Origin: Acidobacteriaceae bacterium
GTDB taxonomy: Bacteria > Acidobacteriota > Terriglobia > Terriglobales > Acidobacteriaceae
Assembly: GCA_035510935.1 (NCBI GenBank)
Contig: DATKGA010000034.1
Coordinates: 2,145 to 66,144 of the forward strand
Length of the DNA stretch: 64,000 nt
Reading direction: 5' to 3'
In this document: positions 13,935-22,002 of the stretch, in pieces
Position numbering within the stretch: the first letter of the stretch is position 1
Layout of the letters: every line of letters begins with the position of its first letter
Notes under the pieces: generated by a model
Told to the model about the DNA's origin: nothing
The model's database searches: none
The model's input: only the letters and a program-made list of their open reading frames with translations
Position numbers and translations under genes: made by a program

Positions 13935-14939
13935 CTATCGATCGCGGCTCGTGACGAAGCCCGGCACCCACAGCAGCGCGCGTTTGGCCTCGGAGTGGGG
14001 CAGGTCGGCGATGGAGAGCCGCGCCGCCTCTGCGTAGGCGCAGGCAGTGTCCATGGCGTAGGCGATGGAGCCGTGGCGTTCCAGGATCTCAAGAATCGCC
14101 GGGCGCGAGACGGTGGTAAAGCTGCGTTCGGCGAGCACGGTTCGGATCGACTCTCTATCCGCTCCGGTGCCGCGCTCCAGCGCGTGGATGACGGCCAGGG
14201 TTGCTTTGCCCTCGCGCAGGTCGCTGGCCACGGGCTTGCCCAGGATGTCTTCGGTTGCAGTGAGGTCGAGCATGTCGTCGACGATCTGGAAGGCGAGGCC
14301 GAGGTTGCGACCATACTCGCCCAGTTGCGCCTCGGTCTCGGCTGGGTTCGCAAAGGACTGGGGCGGACTGATGGCGGCGCCCAGCTGCATGGAGACGCTA
14401 AAGAGACAGGCGGTCTTGCGGTAGATGAGGTCGAAGTACTCCTCCTCGTTGATGAGGCGGCCTAGCTTCTGCATCTGTAGCAGCTCGCCCTCCACCATCT
14501 GCTGCGTGAGGGAGATGAGCAGCTCGAGCACACGGAAGTTGCGTTCCTCGAGGGCAGTGGAAAAGGCCTGCATGTAGAGCCAGTCGCCTGCCAGGACGCA
14601 TTTGGCGTTGCCCCAGGTGGTATTGGAGGAGGGTCGTCCGCGGCGGGTGTCTGCCTCGTCGATGATGTCGTCATGCACCAGGGTTGCGGTGTGCAGCATT
14701 TCGACCACCGCGCCGAGGCGGATGCGCGAGTGGCTGGTGCAGCCTAGCGCCTTGGAGGAGAGCAGGAGAAGCAGCGGACGGATGCGCTTGCCACCGCCAG
14801 CCATAAGGTATTGCGCGATGTCTGTGATGACGTCGACTTCGGACTCCGACTGACGGGTAAACTCCTGCTCGATTGCGGCCAAGTCGTCGCGCAACAAGTC
14901 GAAGACCTCTTTTGCTGTCGCGATGGAGAGAGTGCCCAC
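13935..14939 (-). CDS. Polyprenyl diphosphate synthase (long-chain, IspB-like)
   Basis: Both aspartate-rich motifs are present: LVHDDIIDEADTRRG (FARM) and FQIVDDMLD (SARM). At 334 aa, its length and N-terminus resemble octaprenyl/heptaprenyl synthases. Confidence 0.9.
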   Translation of the reverse strand: MGTLSIATAKEVFDLLRDDLAAIEQEFTRQSESEVDVITDIAQYLMAGGGKRIRPLLLLLSSKALGCTSHSRIRLGAVVEMLHTATLVHDDIIDEADTRRGRPSSNTTWGNAKCVLAGDWLYMQAFSTALEERNFRVLELLISLTQQMVEGELLQMQKLGRLINEEEYFDLIYRKTACLFSVSMQLGAAISPPQSFANPAETEAQLGEYGRNLGLAFQIVDDMLDLTATEDILGKPVASDLREGKATLAVIHALERGTGADRESIRTVLAERSFTTVSRPAILEILERHGSIAYAMDTACAYAEAARLSIADLPHSEAKRALLWVPGFVTSRDR

Positions 14940-15004
14940 TGGAATTTAGAGTAGCAGGTTGAGGCTAAGGATTCTGTGAGCGATTGCAGATGACCGGTGT
15001 TGAG

Positions 15005-15502
15005 CTAGCCGCGGTAGTTAGTGAACTGCAACTCGACGCCGAAGTCGCCTGCGCGCAGTTTGGCAATGATCTTCTGCAGGGTGTCGCGGTCCTTGCTGGT
15101 TACGCGCACGGTGTCTCCCAGAATGCTGGCTGCTGCCTTGAGCTTCATCTCCTTGACGAGGGCGGCGATCTGCCTGGCCTTATCCGACGGAATGCCCTGC
15201 ATCAGCTTGATCTTCTGGCGGACGGAGGAGTTTGCGGCGGGCTCGAGTTTCTCGTACTCCAGGTTCTTGAGCGAGACGCCGCGCTTGACGAGCTTCTGGC
15301 GCAGGATCTCCTTGACCGCCTCCAGCTTGTACTCGTCCTGGGAGGCGAGCTGAATGACGTCGGCACCCTCGATGGTGATGCTGGACCTGGAGTCCTTCAG
15401 ATCAAAACGGGTGTGAATCTCCTTGGTTGCCTGATCGACCGCGTTCTTCACCTCGGCCAAGTCTATTTTGCTGACTACATCGAAGCTGTTGTCGGATGCC
15501 AT
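15005..15502 (-). CDS. yajQ: YajQ family cyclic-di-GMP/nucleotide-binding protein (UPF0234)
   Basis: 165 aa. SFDVVSKIDLAEVKNAVDQATKEIHTRFDLK is the canonical YajQ N-terminus. Confidence 0.85.
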   Translation of the reverse strand: MASDNSFDVVSKIDLAEVKNAVDQATKEIHTRFDLKDSRSSITIEGADVIQLASQDEYKLEAVKEILRQKLVKRGVSLKNLEYEKLEPAANSSVRQKIKLMQGIPSDKARQIAALVKEMKLKAAASILGDTVRVTSKDRDTLQKIIAKLRAGDFGVELQFTNYRG

Positions 15503-15525
15503 AGAGGACAGTATAAGACGGTTGC

Positions 15526-15553
15526 AGGTTCGAGGTTCAAGGTTCGAGGTTCG
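15526..15553. repeat. Tandem heptamer array, 4 x AGGTTCN
   Basis: AGGTTCG AGGTTCA AGGTTCG AGGTTCG. It spans the tatD stop codon, encoding its last residues NLEP, and lies in the leader of yajQ. Confidence 0.9.
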
Positions 15554-16406
15554 AAGTAACAGGAAAGAGACGGTGGAAGTTGGCCGTGGTGAGGGCGGCG
15601 AGAGCCTCGGTGGAGAGGTTGCGAAGTTCGGCGAGGCACTCCGCGGTGTGGACCATCAGCGCAGGCTCGTTCGGCTGGCCGCGGTGCGGAATGGGCGCGA
15701 GGAAGGGCGCATCGGTTTCGACGAGGATGCGGTCAGCGGGAGCGGCGGCGGCGACCTCGCGCAGTCCGGCGGCTTTGGGGTAGGTCAGATTGCCTGCGAA
15801 GGAGAGATAGAAGCCGAGGTCGAGCGCGCGGTGTGCCTGCTCGAGCGTGCCGGAGAAGCAGTGCAGGATGCCGGCCGGGATTCCATCCCGTGCAGGGGAG
15901 TTCCACTGGGCGGCGAGAAGATCGAGGAGGTCCTCCCATGCGTCGGCCGCGCCGAATTTCTGCTTGGCCTCTGTCGTCGCCAGCTCTGAAGTCCGGCAGT
16001 GGATGAGGATGGGTTTGTACGCCGCAGCGGCGATCTGCATCTGGGCGACGAAGCCGGCTCGCTGTAGCTCGATGGAGGGATTATCGACGTGGTAGTAGTC
16101 GAGGCCGATCTCGCCGACGGCGATGACACGCGGGTCTGTCGCCAGCCGGGTCAGCTTGGCCAGCGCGTCGGCGTCAACCCGATGCGCCTCCTGGGGATGG
16201 ATGCCGGCGCTGGCGAAGATTGCGGGGGAGTCGGGGTGGCCGCTGAAGTGGGTGGCGATCTCGAGGGCGCGCTGCATCTGATGGGGGCCATCGCCGATGC
16301 CGATGGCGAGGATGGTGCGCACGCCGGCGGCCTGCGCGCGGGCCAGCACTCCGGCCAGGTCGTCGGGGAACATGTCGAGATGGGCGTGTGAGTCTGTGAG
16401 ATGCAT
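15537..16406 (-). CDS. tatD: TatD family metal-dependent hydrolase/DNase
   Basis: MHLTDSHAHLD start, with later HCR, HCFSG and ETDAPFL motifs characteristic of TatD. Confidence 0.9.
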   Translation of the reverse strand: MHLTDSHAHLDMFPDDLAGVLARAQAAGVRTILAIGIGDGPHQMQRALEIATHFSGHPDSPAIFASAGIHPQEAHRVDADALAKLTRLATDPRVIAVGEIGLDYYHVDNPSIELQRAGFVAQMQIAAAAYKPILIHCRTSELATTEAKQKFGAADAWEDLLDLLAAQWNSPARDGIPAGILHCFSGTLEQAHRALDLGFYLSFAGNLTYPKAAGLREVAAAAPADRILVETDAPFLAPIPHRGQPNEPALMVHTAECLAELRNLSTEALAALTTANFHRLFPVTSNLEP

Positions 16407-16407
16407 A

Positions 16408-16435
16408 AGGTTCCAGATTCAGGGTTCGAGGTTCG
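16408..16435. repeat. Tandem heptamer array, 4 x AGGTTCN-like, same orientation as 15526-15553
   Basis: AGGTTCC AGATTCA GGGTTCG AGGTTCG sits immediately upstream of the tatD ATG. It matches the array at the other end of tatD at 25 of 28 positions by my alignment. Confidence 0.9.
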
Positions 16436-16466
16436 AGGGAGATGGGTGGACGAGAATCGTGTGCTC

Positions 16467-16527
16467 GTCTATATTTTCAATTTTCATTTTCCTGTCTATA
16501 TTCACCATTTTTCCGTCTATATTCACC
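16467..16527 (+). repeat. Three direct repeats of GTCTATATT(C/T) in an AT-rich spacer, followed by a C-tract
   Basis: GTCTATATTTTCA starts at 16467, and GTCTATATTCACC starts at 16494 and again at 16515 (two exact 13-mers). Spacing is 27 and 21 nt. CCCCCCTACCCCCCCCTCCCCC follows at about 16526-16546. Confidence 0.8.
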
Positions 16528-16929
16528 CCCCTACCCCCCCCTCCCCCGAGCTAAAATATCCAAATACAGACAGATGCAGAAAAATCAGCTACATCTCATT
16601 CATTCTGGATGGGTTGCAGGTCAAATATAAGAAAGTAAGCGGGTTAGTTACGTGTGCGGTCTGTACTGTAGTTCCCCCTACTTTCATTATAGCGATTTGG
16701 TGGTAACTACTATGCCAACTATTGTAGGTTGCTAAGTAACTGTAATGGAAATGGTTAGGGATATTTGGAGCGTTGAGGGGCTTGACAGTAAAACAGAGTT
16801 CAGCGGGCGGTATTGGAGTTGTTTAAACCCAAGTCTCAGAAGCGATACCCATTCGGCAAGCTCAGGGCAGGCTAAGGGGCACCCGATTAGTGGAGTCATT
16901 TAGACCTGGGCCACCCGCCTCCTTCGACT

Positions 16930-17005
16930 CGCGCTGCGGAATGACAACCAAAGGGCAACCCACCCTTTGCGATGAGACCGCAAAGGATGGGGCACCCGAC
17001 GCGTG
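16930..17005. repeat. REP-like intergenic element with overlapping inverted repeats
   Basis: CAAAGGG (16949-16955) pairs with CCCTTTG (16963-16969). CCTTTGCG (16964-16971) pairs with CGCAAAGG (16979-16986). ATGGGGCACCCGA follows, and a second GGGGCACCCGA lies at about 16877. The ATGGGGCACCC core recurs inside addA (see findings). Confidence 0.6.
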
Positions 17006-17035
17006 GGGTGGGGAGCATGAGATAGGATTGCGTGC

Positions 17036-17542
17036 ATGAAAAAGATGAACCGTCGTGAACTGTGTGTCACTTTACCTGCCCTGGCCGCCATTGGCACGGG
17101 CGCTCCGCAAGCCTTCGCGATACAGCAGAAGCCTGCTGCCGCCAGTACTCCGCCCGCGCCTGCGGCTGGTGCAGGCACTCTGGGGCCGGCGCACGCCATT
17201 GGCTACGACGCGATGGCGGTGCGCACGATGGCCAATGGCGGGGAGAGCCGCGACATTGCGCATGGCACACTGGCCACGGGCGAGACGGTGAACCTGCACC
17301 AGTCGATGCAGGTGGCTGAGGCGGTGCCCAATGCGCTGCATGTGATCCAGCACACGGAGTTCATTTTGGTGCGCGAGGGTGAGCTAGAGTTCCAGCATGA
17401 GGTGGATGGTAAGACGGTGGCGGAGAGGGTTGGGCCGGGCGGCGTCTTCTATGTTGCCTTCGGGACCAACCACACGGTGAAGAACGTGGGCGGGCTTGCT
17501 GCGCGGTACTTTGTGGTCGCGATTGGCGGGGACGCGAAGTAA
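17036..17542 (+). CDS. Cupin domain protein with twin-arginine (Tat) signal peptide
   Basis: MKKMNRRELCVTLPALAAIGTGAPQAFA is a Tat-type leader. Cupin motif 2, GPGGVFYVAFGTNHTVKN, is present. Motif 1 is diverged (LHVIQHTEF). Confidence 0.75.
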   Translation: MKKMNRRELCVTLPALAAIGTGAPQAFAIQQKPAAASTPPAPAAGAGTLGPAHAIGYDAMAVRTMANGGESRDIAHGTLATGETVNLHQSMQVAEAVPNALHVIQHTEFILVREGELEFQHEVDGKTVAERVGPGGVFYVAFGTNHTVKNVGGLAARYFVVAIGGDAK

Positions 17543-17611
17543 GTCTCTTCGTGACGGGCGTTTGCACGCCCTTTTCCTGCTTCGCGTGGCGCTCACGGAT
17601 AAACTGGATCC

Positions 17612-18118
17612 ATGAGAATTGCAACCGCAGCGTTTCTTGCGAGTCTGTTGCTGGCGGGGAAGGCGTTTGGGCAGGCGGAAGAAAAGGAACCTGTAGCCAT
17701 CGTGGAGATTGGCGCCGCCGGGGAATGGGCGCTGACCCATGGCAAGCCGAGCTATGGCCCCGATTTCGCGGTGGAAGTAACACCGATACCAGAGTGGCTG
17801 GAGATTGAGGCTGGGGTGTCGCCGTTGTTCAGCCGCGGACAGGCGGAGTGGGACAGCGACCTACTGTTCAAGAAGCCGTATACGTTATCGAAGACGCTGG
17901 AGTTTATGTGCGGTGTGGGGCCGGAGTGGGCGCACACAATCAGCGGCGGCACGAGCAGCAATTCGGTTGCAGGAGAGGCTGCGCTGGACTTCATGTTCTG
18001 GCCGCAGCCGAAGAGGAGGTTTGGCTGGTACCTGGAGCCGAGCTATGGGTATAGCTTCAGCAGCGGGCATGAACAATCCTTTAGCGTGAGCGCAGGGCTG
18101 TTGATTGCAATTCCGTAG
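17612..18118 (+). CDS. Small secreted hypothetical protein (Sec signal, beta-rich)
   Basis: MRIATAAFLASLLLAGKAFGQA signal. The mature part is rich in alternating aromatic/small residues (LEPSYGYSFSSGHEQSFSVSAGLLIAIP). I recognise no family. Confidence 0.55.
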   Translation: MRIATAAFLASLLLAGKAFGQAEEKEPVAIVEIGAAGEWALTHGKPSYGPDFAVEVTPIPEWLEIEAGVSPLFSRGQAEWDSDLLFKKPYTLSKTLEFMCGVGPEWAHTISGGTSSNSVAGEAALDFMFWPQPKRRFGWYLEPSYGYSFSSGHEQSFSVSAGLLIAIP

Positions 18119-18204
18119 GGATCAGGTGAGCGGCCTGGGTTGTGGAACCAAATTGATCCGCGAACGGATGGCAAAGATGGCCGGCGCGGTGTAGGATTTT
18201 TCGC

Positions 18205-18699
18205 ATGAATACGATGAACCGACGTGATCTATTTGTGGCTCTTTCTGGGATTGCAGCGCTTGCTGTGACAGCGAGCGAAGGGCAGACACAGGACAAGATG
18301 GCGATTGCTCCGCCTGCGCGAACAACCGGCGAGCCGGTGCTGTCGGCGTCGCGCTTGTTTCCCTGGGACCAGCTTCCGGTGGTGAAGAACGCGAACGGTG
18401 AGACGCGCGCGGTGACTCACGGGACGCTGGTGAGCGGGGAGCTGGTGGAGATGCATGAGACGACGCTGCTGCCTGGGCACATGCCGCATCCGCCGCACCA
18501 GCACCTGCACTCGGAGTTCATGATGGTGCGCGAGGGGACGATCGAGTTCAACAACAATGGGACGATGCAGAGCGTGGGGCCGGGTGGGGTCTTCTTTGCC
18601 GCATCCAACGTGTTGCACGGACTGAAAAATGTGGGCTCGGCGAATGCGAACTATTTCGTGCTTGCGATTGGGCGGGACGGGACGGTGCAGCCGGTCTAG
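18205..18699 (+). CDS. Cupin domain protein with Tat signal peptide (paralog of 17036-17542)
   Basis: MNTMNRRDLFVALSGIAALAVTA leader. Motif 1 is intact (HPPHQHLHSEF) and motif 2 is GPGGVFFAASNVLHGLKN. The upstream leader DNA also resembles that of the first copy. Confidence 0.8.
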   Translation: MNTMNRRDLFVALSGIAALAVTASEGQTQDKMAIAPPARTTGEPVLSASRLFPWDQLPVVKNANGETRAVTHGTLVSGELVEMHETTLLPGHMPHPPHQHLHSEFMMVREGTIEFNNNGTMQSVGPGGVFFAASNVLHGLKNVGSANANYFVLAIGRDGTVQPV

Positions 18700-18713
18700 G
18701 GTTGAGGGGATGT

Positions 18714-19925
18714 TTATTGCCCGCCACCCGGGCCCGCGCCAGAGCTCATGCTGAAGATGGGCAGGTAGAGGGAGATGAGGATGGTGGCGACCACGATGCC
18801 CATTACGATGAGGATGATGGGCTCGATGAGGCTCATGGCCGCGGTGAGGTTGGTCTGCACGTCTTCTTCGAAGAACTCGGCGACGGAGTTGAGCATCTGA
18901 GGCAGCGCGCCGGTGGATTCGCCGACCTCGATCATTTCGACGGCCAGCTCGGGAATGAGCTTGGTGGCGGCGAGACTGACGGAGAGGCCTTTGCCCTCGC
19001 GCACCGTCTCCACACCGCGGAAGACTGCGTTGCTGATCTGTCGGCTGCCGATGGAGCGGGCCGCGGTTTCCAGCGATGGCACCAGGGGCAGGCCGCCGGT
19101 GAGCAGGGTGGCAAGGGTGCGCGCGAAGAGGCCGACCTGGTACTTGAGCCAGACGGGGCCTATGAGGGGCAGCCCGATGCGGATACGATCCACCATATTC
19201 GCGCCGGCGTCGGTCTTGATCCAGCGGATGAAGAGGAAGACGGCCAGAACGAAGACCACGGCGGCGTATATCCCGTAGCTCTGGGCTTGCTTGCCAAGTT
19301 CGAGGAGGAAGGAGGTAATGGCAGGGAGCTTGGTGCCCAGCTGTTCGTACAGCTCCGCGAATTTTGGAACTACATAGGTGATGAGAAAGATGAAGAGGCA
19401 GATGACCATGACGACCAGCACGGCGGGATAGATGAGGCTGGCGATGAGCTTCTTGCGGAAGGTGAGGCTGACGCGCTGGAAGTCGAGGTAGCGTTGCAGC
19501 ACCTCTTCCAGATTTCCGGAGCGCTCGCCGGCCAGCAGGGTGGTGGTATAGACGATGGGAAATCCGCCCTGCGCGACGAAGGCTTCGGAGATGGACTCGC
19601 CATTTTTGACGCGTGTGGCAACGTCCTCCAACTGGGCGCGGAAGTGGGGCAGCTTCTGGCGGCGGGCCAGCAGCTCGATGGAGCCGAGGATGGGAAGGCC
19701 GGCGCGGATGAGAGTGAGGAACTGCTGGTTGAAGACGAGAAAGGTCTCCAGCTTGACCTTTTTTGCCTTGCCTGAGCCGGCAAGAATTCCCCTCGCCTTG
19801 ACCGAGTAGACGTAGTAACCGGCCTGGGTGAAGCGCGCGCGCAGCTCCTCTTCGGTGGCCGCAGAGTGGGTCTGCTCCTGCACACGGCCACGCTCATCCG
19901 CCAACCTGACTACATACTCAGCCAT
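18714..19925 (-). CDS. pilC: Type II secretion system F / type IV pilus PilC family inner-membrane platform protein
   Basis: 403 aa with two GspF-type repeats (LTLIRAGLPILGSIELL... and LATLLTGGLPLVPSLE...). C-terminal IEPIILIVMGIVVATILISLYLPIF. Confidence 0.8.
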   Translation of the reverse strand: MAEYVVRLADERGRVQEQTHSAATEEELRARFTQAGYYVYSVKARGILAGSGKAKKVKLETFLVFNQQFLTLIRAGLPILGSIELLARRQKLPHFRAQLEDVATRVKNGESISEAFVAQGGFPIVYTTTLLAGERSGNLEEVLQRYLDFQRVSLTFRKKLIASLIYPAVLVVMVICLFIFLITYVVPKFAELYEQLGTKLPAITSFLLELGKQAQSYGIYAAVVFVLAVFLFIRWIKTDAGANMVDRIRIGLPLIGPVWLKYQVGLFARTLATLLTGGLPLVPSLETAARSIGSRQISNAVFRGVETVREGKGLSVSLAATKLIPELAVEMIEVGESTGALPQMLNSVAEFFEEDVQTNLTAAMSLIEPIILIVMGIVVATILISLYLPIFSMSSGAGPGGGQ

Positions 19926-20185
19926 AGAATCACAGACTCAATCCTGGAAACGCATGGACCCATGCCAACGAAGACATTGCAACGCTCGTCCGCAAAGGCC
20001 CTTTCCATCTTAGACGTTTCCGGTGGCGATTCCTCTCAGTATCCGCGGCTTGAACCTTTGACCTGCGGATTCACAGCCGGTCGAGGATGCAGTGTGCGCG
20101 CTGTTGGTGGTTCGTGGACATGATGGCTTATGCTCCTCCTGCTAAACTCACAACACTAACGCAAGTGCGAGGCGCAGGGAGTCGG

Positions 20186-21952
20186 ATGGCGAAAACGGCA
20201 GTCATTATTGGGGCTGGGCCAGCGGGTTTGACGGCCGGCCTGGAACTGCTGAGGCGTACCGATATTGTCCCCATAATCCTTGAGTCGAGCGAAGAGCTTG
20301 GCGGTATCTCTCGGACGATCCGCTACAAGGGCAACCGGATGGACATCGGGGGCCACCGGTTTTTCTCGAAGTCGGACCGGGTGATGCAGTGGTGGATGGA
20401 GTTGATGCCACCCGAACTGACGGTGCCGGGCGAGCCGGCGAGCGATGGGGCGGGAGCGCCGAGCCAACCGGCGGAGATCAGCTACCAGGGCAAACGGCGC
20501 GTGGTGACGGTGCCTGCACACCTGCACGAGGAGCCACCGCTGCGCGGCCTGGGGCCTCTGCACCACACGGAAAGCGCCGCCGCCGAGGCCAGCGCGGAGG
20601 AAGAATCCGACGAGGAATACGCGGAAGAGGCAGCCGAAACAGTGGTGGTGCCGGAGCCTGTCGATCCCGATCTGGTGATGCTGATTCGGCCCCGGCGCAG
20701 CCGCATTTACTATCTGCGGAAGTTCTTCGACTACCCCATTACGCTGACGGCGACGACGCTGAAGAACCTTGGCGTGGTGCGGATGGTGCGCGTGGGGGCG
20801 AGCTACGCGGTATCGCGGGTGCGCCAGATCAAGCCGGAGAAGAGCCTGGAAGACTTCCTGATCAACCGCTTCGGTCGAGAGCTGTACCTGACGTTCTTCA
20901 AGAGCTACACGGAGAAGGTGTGGGGCACGCCGTGCCACGAGATTTCGGCGGAGTGGGGCGCGCAACGCATCAAGGGCCTCTCGTTGACCAGTGCGGTGAA
21001 GCACTTTGTGAAGAAGATGTTTCGCAAGAAAGGCCATGGCGGCGACCTGGCGCAGAAGGGCACGGACACTTCGTTGATCGAGCGCTTCATGTATCCGAAG
21101 TTCGGACCCGGGCAGCTATGGGAGCATGTGGCAGAGCTGATCGAGCAGAAGGGCGGCGAGATTTATATGGGATGGAGAGTGGACAAGATCCACTTCGCCG
21201 AGGGCAGCGAAGCCAGTGAAATTTCCACGCTGCGGGTCACGTCGATCGAGGCGGTGCGAACGGACGGAGAGCGCAGGAGCTTTGCAGGCGATACTTTCTT
21301 CTCCACGATGCCCATGCGCGAACTGCTGCGCGCGATGCAGACGCCGGTCCCGGCGAACGTGCTGGAGGTTAGCGACGGGCTGCAGTATCGCGACTTCATC
21401 ACTGTGGGACTGCTGGTGGACAAGCTGAAAGTGACGGAGCCGGACGGCAGCCTGCTGAAGGACACATGGATTTACATCCAGGAGCCGGACGTTCTGCTGG
21501 GACGGTTGCAGATATTCAACAACTGGAGCCCGTACCTGGTCAAAGATCCTACGAAGGTGTGGATTGGGCTGGAATACTTCTGCTACGACACGGACGATCT
21601 GTGGAAGATGAGCGACGACGAAGTGAAGAAATTCGCCATTGCCGAGGTAGCGAAGATCGGCATACTGGACGCAGCGGATGTGAGCGACGGGCATGTGGTG
21701 CGCGTGCCCAAGACCTATCCGGCGTACTTCGGCACCTACGACCGCTTCGACGAGCTGAAGACTTTCACCGACCGCATTGAGAATCTCTTTCTGGTGGGAC
21801 GCAATGGGATGCACAAGTACAACAACCAGGACCACAGCATGTTGACGGCGATGCATGTGGTGGATGGGCTAGTTGCGGGCAAGGTGGACAAACAGTCGCT
21901 GTGGGAGATCAACACCGAGCAGGAGTACCACGAAGAGAAGGACAAGAAGTGA
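20186..21952 (+). CDS. NAD(P)/FAD-dependent oxidoreductase (amine-oxidase / UDP-galactopyranose-mutase-like fold)
   Basis: A Rossmann dinucleotide motif, [19 protein letters not shown], follows the ATG at 20186 (AGGGAG upstream). C-terminal [18 protein letters not shown]. The track start at 20087 is rejected. Confidence 0.7.
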   Translation: MAKTAVIIGAGPAGLTAGLELLRRTDIVPIILESSEELGGISRTIRYKGNRMDIGGHRFFSKSDRVMQWWMELMPPELTVPGEPASDGAGAPSQPAEISYQGKRRVVTVPAHLHEEPPLRGLGPLHHTESAAAEASAEEESDEEYAEEAAETVVVPEPVDPDLVMLIRPRRSRIYYLRKFFDYPITLTATTLKNLGVVRMVRVGASYAVSRVRQIKPEKSLEDFLINRFGRELYLTFFKSYTEKVWGTPCHEISAEWGAQRIKGLSLTSAVKHFVKKMFRKKGHGGDLAQKGTDTSLIERFMYPKFGPGQLWEHVAELIEQKGGEIYMGWRVDKIHFAEGSEASEISTLRVTSIEAVRTDGERRSFAGDTFFSTMPMRELLRAMQTPVPANVLEVSDGLQYRDFITVGLLVDKLKVTEPDGSLLKDTWIYIQEPDVLLGRLQIFNNWSPYLVKDPTKVWIGLEYFCYDTDDLWKMSDDEVKKFAIAEVAKIGILDAADVSDGHVVRVPKTYPAYFGTYDRFDELKTFTDRIENLFLVGRNGMHKYNNQDHSMLTAMHVVDGLVAGKVDKQSLWEINTEQEYHEEKDKK

Positions 21953-22002
21953 TTTAGGCCGTGGGTTCGAGGTTTGATGAGTGCGATGAAATGCGGGCGG
22001 TC

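Noticed and set aside
16401-16706. Plus-strand ORFs in the AT-rich island: 16401-16706, 16442-16630 and 16297-16554.
   Set aside because: Their peptides (…FNFHFPVYIHHFSVYIHPPTPPSP…) are direct read-outs of the GTCTATATT repeats and the C-tract. They have no RBS and no plausible protein features.
20146-20160. ACTCACAAC(AC)TAAC shared by the leaders of the FAD oxidoreductase gene (20146-20160) and ftsI (37074-37087).
   Set aside because: Only a 9-nt exact core is shared. In 64 kb on two strands, a 9-mer coincidence is about as likely as not by chance, so I do not treat it as a motif without a genome-wide count.
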